The position numbers and the translations under genes were made by a program. From Candidatus Harpocratesius repetitus (GTDB taxonomy: Archaea; Asgardarchaeota; Lokiarchaeia; Sigyniarchaeales; Promethearchaeaceae), in contig JAIZWK010000001.1 in NCBI GenBank assembly GCA_021498095.1, forward strand, positions 2,460,001 to 2,492,000: a stretch of 32,000 nucleotides of DNA, read 5' to 3'. Within the stretch, counting starts at the first letter, position 1, and each line of letters starts with the position of its first letter. Shown here piece by piece: positions 1 through 7,888 of this stretch. Under the pieces are notes generated by a model, which had not been told where the DNA came from, made no database searches, and worked only from the letters and a program-made list of their open reading frames with translations.

Positions 1-1029
1 TTGATGATGCCATTAATGCGTTTTATTGGTAATTTAGGTTATGTAGCAGTAGTTATTCTTGGCGGATGGTTGGCAAGTATTGGAAGCATTTCAGTGGGAG
101 ATATCCAGGCGTTCATTCAATATGTGCGCTCATTCACACAACCTATGTCACAATTGGCAAATATATCCAATGTTCTTCAACAAACAGCCGCTGCAGCTGA
201 ACGAGTCTTTGAATTTTTATCTGAGGAAGAAGAAACACCAGATACACCTAATCCAATAAAAGTTCCAGAAGTAATGGGAGAAGTAGAATTTCAACATGTG
301 CATTTCGGTTATACACCCGATAAAATAATTATCAAAGATTTTTCAGCTAAAGCAAATCCAGGGCAAAAAATAGCTATTGTTGGTCCAACAGGAGCAGGAA
401 AAACTACAATGGTTAAATTACTAATGCGGTTCTACGATTTGAATGAAGGTGCCATTTTAGTTGAAGGTCATAACATTACAGAATTTACTCGACGGGATTT
501 ACGTTCAATGTTTGGAATGGTACTGCAAGATACCTGGTTGTATAATGATACAATCATGGAAAATATTCGTTATGGGAAACCTGATGCTACAGATGAAGAA
601 GTCATTGCTGCAGCAACTGCGGCTCATGTGGACCATTTTATTCACACATTACCAGGAGGATATCAAATGGTTTTGAATGAAGAGACAACTAACTTATCTC
701 AAGGACAAATGCAGCTTTTAACGATTGCCAGAGCGATTTTAGCCAATCCAAAGATTCTCATTCTGGATGAAGCCACGAGTTCAGTAGATACACGCACAGA
801 AATATTGATTCAAAAAGCGATGGATAAATTAATGGAAAATCGAACAAGCTTTGTAATTGCACACCGATTATCAACCATACGAGATGCAGATTTAATTTTA
901 GTTATGTGCGATGGAGATATTATAGAACAAGGTTCTCATGAAGAATTGTTGGCTAAAAAAGGATTTTATGCAGATATTTACAACAGCCAATTCGAGCATA
1001 TTCCTTTACTGAGCATAAACCAAAAATAA
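1..1029 (+). CDS. ABC transporter ATP-binding/permease protein (multidrug/lipid exporter type), 5'-partial
   Basis: Last TM helices, then Walker A GPTGAGKTT, Q-loop VLQD, signature LSQGQMQ, Walker B ILILDE, H-loop IAHRL. The ORF runs off the left edge. Confidence 0.95.
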   Translation: MMMPLMRFIGNLGYVAVVILGGWLASIGSISVGDIQAFIQYVRSFTQPMSQLANISNVLQQTAAAAERVFEFLSEEEETPDTPNPIKVPEVMGEVEFQHVHFGYTPDKIIIKDFSAKANPGQKIAIVGPTGAGKTTMVKLLMRFYDLNEGAILVEGHNITEFTRRDLRSMFGMVLQDTWLYNDTIMENIRYGKPDATDEEVIAAATAAHVDHFIHTLPGGYQMVLNEETTNLSQGQMQLLTIARAILANPKILILDEATSSVDTRTEILIQKAMDKLMENRTSFVIAHRLSTIRDADLILVMCDGDIIEQGSHEELLAKKGFYADIYNSQFEHIPLLSINQK

Positions 1030-1790
1030 TAGTATTTTTGACTATTTTTAAGAATGAAGGATCAATTAAGAGAAGCCTTATTTTTTAAATTATTTCAATA
1101 TTATCGTTCAAAAAAATCTCATTGACAATTTCATTGAAGTTTTAGAGCAAAACATACACTATTTTAAAGCTTATGACAAAGAAAAGTAGGAATATGCATA
1201 AATTGATATTTTTATAAAACTCTCAAACTGGCAAAAATATGTTTTCCGCAGTTACAGTTGCTATAAAGGAAATACAAGACTATTTGTGACAAAAGTTTTA
1301 TTAAATTATCTGGCGGAGAATATTAATAGTAGGATTAAGACTCGCGTGCATTAAACTGGTCCTAAAACACCTGAGGGTTTAGAACAGCGACTTCAGGCAT
1401 ATATTACAATCACAAATGAACCCAAAATCTTATAAATTACCATTGTTTCACACCGATTTAGCCCAAAAATGCTCTTTAATGAGTGGAATAATTCAGGAAT
1501 TAAACGATTATTTCAATTAAACGAAAAATGGGGGAAAAAAATTCAAACCGAGGTGTTAGTGAATTGATCCTTCGTAATTAAAAATAGCCGTATTTTTATT
1601 TTTTCATCTTTTTTTCAAATACCATATATTTCTTTTATTCTCATGCGATTAATGTTCATAAGAAGAATTATCAGAAATTTTTCTATTATCCTTAAATTAC
1701 TTACTGCAATAGCACATCTCTATTAGCTGAACATAAAAAAAAAACTGCGAACAATCGATCCAGCAAATTATAAATAAATACCCATGAAAA
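833..1790 (+). repeat. Left copy of a diverged direct repeat (ABC 3' end plus downstream spacer), interrupted by the 1040-1589 insertion
   Basis: 833-1029 aligns with 7441-7634 (153/177 nt identical over 850-1026 vs 7458-7634 by hand count). 1591-1790 aligns with 7643-7827. Confidence 0.9.
1040..1589 (+). mobile_element. Non-autonomous, internally deleted IS derivative (MITE-like, 550 bp)
   Basis: 28-bp TIRs GACTATTTTTAAGAATGAAGGATCAATT (1040-1067) and 1562-1589 (24/28 match). Exact 8-bp TSD GTATTTTT at 1032-1039 and 1590-1597. Interior is collinear with both ends of the 4413-6024 element minus ~1.06 kb. The paralogous locus at ~7635-7650 lacks the insertion. Confidence 0.9.
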
Positions 1791-1882
1791 TAATAAATTT
1801 TGAATTTTTAAATTCGATGATGAATTTTCAAGTCGAAGGATAAATTAGAAGATTACTCATTTTTCTTTTTTCATCTCACATT

Positions 1883-2697
1883 TTAACACACCAATATATC
1901 CAACAAAGGAGATTTTAGAATTTTGGTATTTAGGAATGAATATTGAAAGTTATGGCGAATAGTAATTGAGTCCAATATCGTCGGATTATTTTGACAGATG
2001 ATGCAGGCTCGAATTCGCTTCTCGATACTCTCGACCGTTTTCGGCACTGTTAATACAAGAAAATTCGAAAGCAAACTATTTTTATGTTCTGCAAGATTAT
2101 TTTGGATGTGTTTTAATGCGTAAAGATGTATAACTTCTGCTAACGCTGCGCCAACAGCAGGAGAAATTTCTTTACCAACTCATACCGTTTTTCGGTACGG
2201 ATCAATTTTTGCATAGCCCCGTTTTCCCTTGTTAAATACGGTGCGAAATCTTTTTCGGCCTCGTTTTTTCTTCACTTTTGAAGATTGCTTTTTCTTATTT
2301 TGATTGTTCTTTACTTCTTTCGGTCTACCTCGCTTCTTTTTAAGCTGATGGTTCAAATTTTCAATTTTCTCTGTGTAAAAATATTTCTTTTTCGCTCTTT
2401 TTTTGGCAAAATCTGATTTCACTCCAATTGTGGTAGTGATTCGATTGTTTTTTTCGTAGTTAAATCTTTCAATCACAATGTCTTTATAGGTTTTTTTATG
2501 TTTGTGCATAATTAGGGTTATTGGGCGATTTAGATTCTTAACACAAGCCCGAGTTCCATTCCAAGCATCTGCTGTAAGAACTTCAATCCGTTCTTGTGAG
2601 TTAGAATCCGCTTCCAAGATTACATCACGAATATCTTCCCATTTACGTGTTTCAGAAACTTTTAAGCCTAATACTTTATGAGTAGAATATTATGTAC
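1883..2697 (-). pseudogene. 5'-truncated DDE transposase remnant (IS6/IS1-like), more divergent family member
   Basis: ORFs 2180-2617 and 1883-2074 are one frame split by TGA at 2180-2182. Contains VLTADAW (2nd Asp), KKRGRPK, and NNLAEHKNS (Glu). Homology to the 4413-6024 copy stops at ~2697. Only a weak TIR-like sequence at ~1800-1826. Confidence 0.85.
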
Positions 2698-2770
2698 CCA
2701 AATTCGAAATTCTTCTTCAACTTGAAAATGCATCCAAATGTTTATATATATGACTATGACTAATATATAT

Positions 2771-2789
2771 TGTAAACTTTATGTTTACA
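2771..2789. promoter_or_regulatory. Candidate operator: perfect 7-5-7 palindrome upstream of the three-gene cassette
   Basis: TGTAAAC-TTTAT-GTTTACA, ~110 bp before the 2898/2907 start. Confidence 0.4.
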
Positions 2790-2897
2790 TTTAAACAAAA
2801 CAAATTACTCCATATTAATTTGAATTTAAATATCAACTAAAATTTTTTAATATCAATTAGAATATTTAAATGATATGAAATAGGAGGAATATAAAAG

Positions 2898-3500
2898 GTG
2901 AATTTAATGGAAGAAAAGTTTCCGATTGAAAAAATTCGTGAACTTTTAAAAAATGGAATGCCTTTGAATGAAATTATGTCAAGAGTTATGAAAATTGGTG
3001 CCGAAATTGTTGAAAATTTTGGCCATAAAGACTATAGTAGCCCAATGGAACTTTTTAAAGAAATACAAGATGGAACTTCTCCTTTAAATAAAATTGAAGG
3101 ACAATTATCACCTGTTATTCAAGATCAAAAAACAAATGTTTTTGCTGTAAAAGTTTGCCCAATGAAAAAAATTATGCAAGAAATGTCGAAAGGTGATGAA
3201 TACGACCAAAACGTAAATTCTGTTTTAGATGATTTTCATCTAAGAGAAAATGAAACATCAGGAAATTATAGTGATATTGGTTGTTATATTCAACAACAAA
3301 TTAGACAAATGCTTATTTCTTCGTTTACTTTAAACGGTAAATATGATTTTAATTTAATTCATTTAGGGTGTGATAAAGGAAAAGGGAGAAATATCAGCGA
3401 AGGTGATGTTGAAGCAATCAAAATGGACCGAGAAATGCTTTCAAAACTTTTGGATGAAAATGACTGCGTTTATGCAATTTCTGTAAAGGAGGGGCAATAA
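2898..3500 (+). CDS. Hypothetical protein with four spaced Cys; distant V4R/MetOD1-like ligand-binding domain suspected
   Basis: Intact ORF with AGGAGG upstream (start GTG 2898 or ATG 2907). Pattern VCPM...IGCYIQQ...LGC...DCVYAI resembles the V4R-like Cys arrangement. The fold call is inference. Confidence 0.6.
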   Translation: MNLMEEKFPIEKIRELLKNGMPLNEIMSRVMKIGAEIVENFGHKDYSSPMELFKEIQDGTSPLNKIEGQLSPVIQDQKTNVFAVKVCPMKKIMQEMSKGDEYDQNVNSVLDDFHLRENETSGNYSDIGCYIQQQIRQMLISSFTLNGKYDFNLIHLGCDKGKGRNISEGDVEAIKMDREMLSKLLDENDCVYAISVKEGQ

Positions 3501-3501
3501 A

Positions 3502-3801
3502 ATGAGTGAATCAACCTTAAAAAAGGAATTATTTTATAAAATTGTTGAAGTATTAGAAGAGAAAATTTCCATGTCAGCTTATTATACTGTAGAATTAGCA
3601 TGTCAAAATATAAATAAAACTCCTGAACAAATAACAAAAGAAGATTTACCGAATGTTGTTAATGCTATCTTAGATATCTACAAAGAATACTACCCACATC
3701 GAGTTGCTGATGTTGGAAATCATCTCTCTATGGCATTATTACAAAAATTTGATATAAAAAGGAAAAAACGACGACGAGGTTTTGTCTTTTTCAAAAGGTG
3801 A
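3502..3801 (+). CDS. Small helical hypothetical protein with a polybasic C-terminus
   Basis: GGAGG RBS inside the upstream gene and a 1-nt gap. TPEQITKEDLPNVV resembles small archaeal signalling 'output' domains (inference). Ends KRKKRRRGFVFFKR. Confidence 0.75.
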   Translation: MSESTLKKELFYKIVEVLEEKISMSAYYTVELACQNINKTPEQITKEDLPNVVNAILDIYKEYYPHRVADVGNHLSMALLQKFDIKRKKRRRGFVFFKR

Positions 3802-3806
3802 TAATA

Positions 3807-4253
3807 ATGTGGGTTTACCTTGTAATTGACAAAAATGGAATTCCTATAATTCAATATCCACTGTTAGATGATACAAACATCGATGGTCAGATGAAAATGA
3901 ATACTATTTTACTTTCAGGATTATTAAGTGCATTAAATACTTTAAGCATTGAAGCAACTGGAGAAACTATTTCAAAAGTAAATTTTGGATCAATTCAAGC
4001 AGTAATCTCTCGTGATAAAAATAAATGTCTTCATGTAGTTTTTGGAGAAGAGAATATTCCTATTGAAATACTTCGAGAAATTCATATACAAGCTAAAGAC
4101 ACGTTTTTATTATCAATGAATAAATTTAGGTCAGATGATGAGTCATTTAAGTCACTTGATTCAAATGAAATGCAAAATGATGTAAGAGATTTGTTCGCTC
4201 CAATATTCTTTTTATACAAAAAAAAAATCTTGAATTATAATAAAATTAACTAA
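3807..4253 (+). CDS. Longin/roadblock-like domain protein (Asgard type)
   Basis: AGGTGA SD overlaps the previous stop, favouring ATG 3807. YLVIDKNGIPI...LLSGLLSAL..LSIEATGETISKVNF matches the beta-beta-alpha-beta-beta-beta-alpha longin-like pattern common in Lokiarchaeia. Confidence 0.7.
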   Translation: MWVYLVIDKNGIPIIQYPLLDDTNIDGQMKMNTILLSGLLSALNTLSIEATGETISKVNFGSIQAVISRDKNKCLHVVFGEENIPIEILREIHIQAKDTFLLSMNKFRSDDESFKSLDSNEMQNDVRDLFAPIFFLYKKKILNYNKIN

Positions 4254-4276
4254 TGATAACATCTTATTTAAGTATT

Positions 4277-4404
4277 TGGGTTGGTTAGGTATGGTCTTGT
4301 CTAAAAAATGTAGAGAGACCTGCTAACGGCTTAACGTGTTGGTGCTATTGTACCATGGCTGATGAACCGATAATATCGGTTGACTAACTGATACCATTTT
4401 TTTT
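4277..4404 (+). ncRNA. Candidate structured non-coding RNA
   Basis: ~43% GC island in AT-rich intergenic DNA. Three hairpins (4289-4323, 4340-4355, 4365-4381) are closed by a 4281-4288/4384-4391 stem. UGAUGA (4360-65) and CUGA (4388-91) motifs; ends in a T8 tract. No family match recognised. Confidence 0.35.
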
Positions 4405-4412
4405 CAAGTACT

Positions 4413-6024
4413 TGCAATTTTTAATTACGAAGAATCAATTCATTGAAGCCTCGGTATGAATTTTTCTTCTTTTTTTCTTCTTTTTTTCCTCTATTTTTCC
4501 TTCAATTGAAATTATTGCTTAATTCTTGAATTGTTCTATATATTAAATAGAATTATTGGGCGAAATAGGTGTGCAACAATGGTAATTCCTAAGATTTCTG
4601 GTTTATTTCTGGCGATAATAAATGCCCGAAGTCGCTGATCTAAACCCTCAGCTGTTTTAGGAACAGTTAAATGAACACAAGTCTCAATCACACTATTTAT
4701 ATTCTCCGCTAGATTATTTGATATAGATTTGTGCCAAAATTAGTCTTGTGTTTCCCTAAAAGCAGCTGCAACTGTGGGAAGCACATCTTTTGCCAATCTT
4801 AGAGTTTTACGAGAAGGGTCAATTTTTGCATATTTCCGTTTTCCTCTGTCAAAAATTGTAAAGAGTCCTTTCCGTCCTCGCTTTATTTTTGGTTTTTGGT
4901 TTTTTCTTTGTTTTCCTTGCCCGTTTTTCACTCCTTTTGGTTTTCCCCTTTTTTTTGATATTGGCACACTCAAATCATCTTTATTCTCTAGGCAAAAGTA
5001 TTCTCACTTTCGCCGTTTTTTAAAAAAATCGGTTTTAAGACCTATTTTAGTGATTATCCGCTTCGTATTTTCATAGTCAATATGCCAAATAACGGCTTTA
5101 TCATAGGTTTTTTTTTGTTTGTGAATTACTAAGGTAATATTACGCGTCAAATTCTTGCTCATTGTTTGTGTAGCACCCCATGCATCGGCAGTAATTACCT
5201 TTATCGGTAATTTTGTATTTCGATTCGCTTCTTCAAAAACTTCATGGATGTCTTTTTCATTCCGCGTTTTTGAAACCTTTATTCCGAGGATTTTATGAGT
5301 AGTATAACCCGTGAACATTATAATATACAACGCTACACCGTATATCCGAATGAAAGTTTTATCTTCTGCAACTGCAGTATCATTCGTTAATTCCACAACC
5401 AAATTTTTTAATCCCTGAAGATTTGAGATTGTTTTCTCTATCTTAAAACGCAAATAGCAAATGAGAGCATCAGAAACGCTATATTTTTCGGCTATAGCAC
5501 TCTGACTGATTTTTCCTTCCATGATTTCTTTTGTCATCTTACCGAGCATACTGTCAAGCACTTTTTTGACACCTCCAGATGTAGTCAAAGCAAATTGTCG
5601 GGCAGTATTGTGTGTTTTATTGAATAAACATTAAGGATTTTTACACTAATAATATTGAACTCTTCTACCTTTCCGTTTATGAGTGCATATACTCCGACGA
5701 CAGCAGAGCGACATTCTGGGCATAAAACAGGTATTATTTCTAGAATTCCTTCCCTTCCATCTTCGAAATTAATGCATAATGGCACGAATAATGGAAGATA
5801 TTCCTTTTTAGGGCATCCTACCATAGGATAACACTTGATCAATGTGATTTAAACATTTTCAAAACATCGGTTTGCGAACTGACTTGAAATAGATGCTTAA
5901 GGTATTGTACACTTTGCATATAAATTTCAACTAGGTTGCCAAAAATAAATATTTGAAAGATAATTTGGGAATAATTTAGAAAATATTGCTTCTCTTAATT
6001 GATCTTTTATCCTTAAAAATAATC
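4413..6024 (-). mobile_element. Full-length but inactivated insertion sequence (IS6/IS1-like DDE family, ~1.6 kb)
   Basis: TIRs at 4413-4440 (25/28 to the right TIR of the 1040-1589 element) and 5997-6024 (24/28 to its left TIR). No TSD is retained. Confidence 0.85.
4434..5919 (-). pseudogene. Transposase pseudogene: Zn-ribbon, HTH, and DDE core with a large basic insertion
   Basis: Reconstructed frame CPECRS..V.VY(G)THKRKGRRVQYY*CKNP*C (1-nt frameshift ~5685; stops at 5646-48 and 5631-33), HTH SQSAIAEKY, catalytic AEDKT / TADAW / NNLAENIN, further in-frame stops at 5004-06 and 4740-42. ORF-track entries 5585-5842, 5004-5588 and 4740-4973 are pieces of it. Confidence 0.85.
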
Positions 6025-6127
6025 AATTCTATTCTTAATTTGTATTTTAAAAATAAATCTAAAATATGTTAAATAAATAAGAAATGACTGATTTCTGGTA
6101 AAATTTAGAGAAAGATAGTACAAATGA

Positions 6128-6487
6128 TTAAATCTTGCGGCTCTTTATAGTTTTTTCATCACAATGTAGTTATAAGTTACTGAAATTTTTCTATCCTGAA
6201 TTGTTTTAAACCCCTCTGTATTATTGACAAAATCTTCTGTGGTGATTGGGGATGTGTTCTAAGTAGAATTACTCCAAATGGTTTCATTTTTTGATTAAAA
6301 ACTAAATAACCAAAATCTTTATCTAGTGAAATAATAATTCTTTTATATTTTCTACTAATTTTTATAATCTTTTATCCTTAATTCCTCTAAATTTTTCACT
6401 TATTGATATAACATCATATCCTGTATCTTTTAACGAAAGATAAACAGATTTAGGAATATTCTCATCTAAAAGAAATTTAAAATTCAT
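6128..6487 (-). pseudogene. DUF5615 family PIN-like toxin, frameshifted
   Basis: MNFKFLLDENIPKSVY...GYDVISI...G.KD, then after a 1-nt deletion at ~6370, RIIISLDKDFGYLVF...GVILLR. A second disruption lies near 6180. Not in the ORF track. Confidence 0.8.
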
Positions 6488-6820
6488 CAAATTCAACATC
6501 ATAATTGAGGATATTTTATCTTTTTTAATTTAAACGCTTTTTTGAATATCATTCATATATTTCCGACTTAATTCTGAAATATCGCAATTCTTTTTTTGTC
6601 GAACTCGATTTTTTCAAAGAATTTATTAAAAATTTACCATCCTCTTTATAAATTCTTCAATTTGATGTCGATTTTATCATAATTTTTGAATTACATATCT
6701 TAAATTTGGCACCTTGGTAAAATCGACAAAAAATAAGGAAGGATATTTTAGATTTGAGTCGGAAGAATTAAGATGATGAGATGAAAAAATTCGAATCTTT
6801 GAAATTTAAAATACCCTCAA

Positions 6821-7042
6821 TTAAGCTTCAATCTTGAAAATCTGTTCTTCACGAATACTTTTCGTGGCATAATGTAAAACGGCCAAAATATCTTCTTTTG
6901 TAATATTATATTCATCTTGAATTTTATCATAAGACCAATCTTGCGCTAATAATTCCAAAATAAAATCTACTGAAAGACGAGTGCCTTTAATACATGGTTT
7001 TCCGACACAAATAGAAGGATCAATAATAATTCTTTTAGACAT
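6821..7042 (-). CDS. DUF433 domain antitoxin-like protein
   Basis: RIIIDPSICVGKPCIKGTRLSVDFILELLAQDWSYDKIQDEYNITKEDI is the DUF433 signature. ATG 7042 is preferred over the upstream GTG at 7063. Confidence 0.9.
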   Translation of the reverse strand: MSKRIIIDPSICVGKPCIKGTRLSVDFILELLAQDWSYDKIQDEYNITKEDILAVLHYATKSIREEQIFKIEA

Positions 7043-7440
7043 ACAATTAACTAATTTAAACACGATAATATAAATTTCACTTTTAGTCCTTCAGTTTAAA
7101 TTATAAATTTAAGGTAGATTTTGTTAAAATTCTTCATAAAAAAAGTGTACGGGATGATATCTATCATATAATTGATTCAATCATCTTTATTGCACATAAA
7201 AAATTCCTTTTCAAAAAATAATCTCGAATGAACGCTTCAATTTATCTTCATAAGTTCTGATATACTATAGATAGAATTGAATATGGTGCTTTTTTTCTGA
7301 ATATTTCCTTCAACTGGCGCTTTAATATACAAACCCTTGAATCTTGACGACATAAAATATCCGTTAAGAATAGAGTGCTTGTTTTTTAAAAGAACACAGA
7401 AATTAAAAGAAAATAATTGCTGTTATATCTATTTGTTTAT

Positions 7441-7827
7441 TGGATTATCGATAAATCTTTATAATTGCACACCGATTATTAACTATACGAGATGCAGATT
7501 TAATTTTAGTTATGCGTGATGGAGATATTGTGGAACAAGGTATTCATGAAAAATTAATAACCAAAAAAGGATTTTATGCAGAAATTTACAACAATCAATT
7601 CGAGCACATTCCTTTATTGAACATACTCCAATAATAATAATATATTTTATTTCTTCATCTTTTTTTCAATTACCATATATTTTATTATCATGCGATTAAT
7701 GTTCATAAGAAGAATTATCAGAAATTTTTATTATTATCCTTAAATTATTTACTGCAATGGCACATCTCTATTTAGCTGATCAAAAAAAAACCCGTGAACT
7801 ATCTATCCAGCAAATTACCCATAAAAA
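7441..7827 (+). repeat. Right copy of the direct repeat; includes an orphan 58-codon ABC C-terminal fragment (7458-7634)
   Basis: [28 protein letters not shown]...[11 protein letters not shown] is preceded by an in-frame TAA (7452-54) and has no start. The following spacer matches 1591-1790. Confidence 0.9.
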
Positions 7828-7888
7828 GAAAACCCCTAATAAACAATCTGTTAGAGACAAAAAAGCAGAGCAAAGTTGGGGTGATACT

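Noticed and set aside
4359-4391. CUGAUGA followed by a hairpin, resembling a hammerhead ribozyme core; GTTAAGCC on the minus strand resembling 5S rRNA
   Set aside because: The required GAAA after stem II is absent (TGAC) and stems I/III do not fit. The 5S helix layout and conserved loops do not match.
2180-5006. In-frame TGA stops in both transposase copies at positions that are basic residues in the other copy, suggesting stop-codon recoding or readthrough
   Set aside because: The same genes also carry TAA and TAG stops and a frameshift, CGA-to-TGA is a simple transition, and intact genes here end normally in TGA. This is ordinary pseudogenisation.
4774-5076. 100-aa Phe-rich plus-strand ORF
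   Set aside because: It is the antisense shadow of the Lys/Arg-rich transposase insert.
6500-6820. Possible decayed small gene between DUF433 and DUF5615
   Set aside because: Multiple stops in all frames and no family recognisable by eye. It would need an HMM search.
7337-7519. 60-aa ORF entering the right direct repeat
   Set aside because: Its 3' part is an out-of-frame reading of the ABC fragment. There is no motif support.
7757-7888. ORF-track N-terminal extension of the acyltransferase
   Set aside because: It lies in the duplicated non-coding spacer, the ATG is ATA in the other copy, and a good SD precedes ATG 7889.
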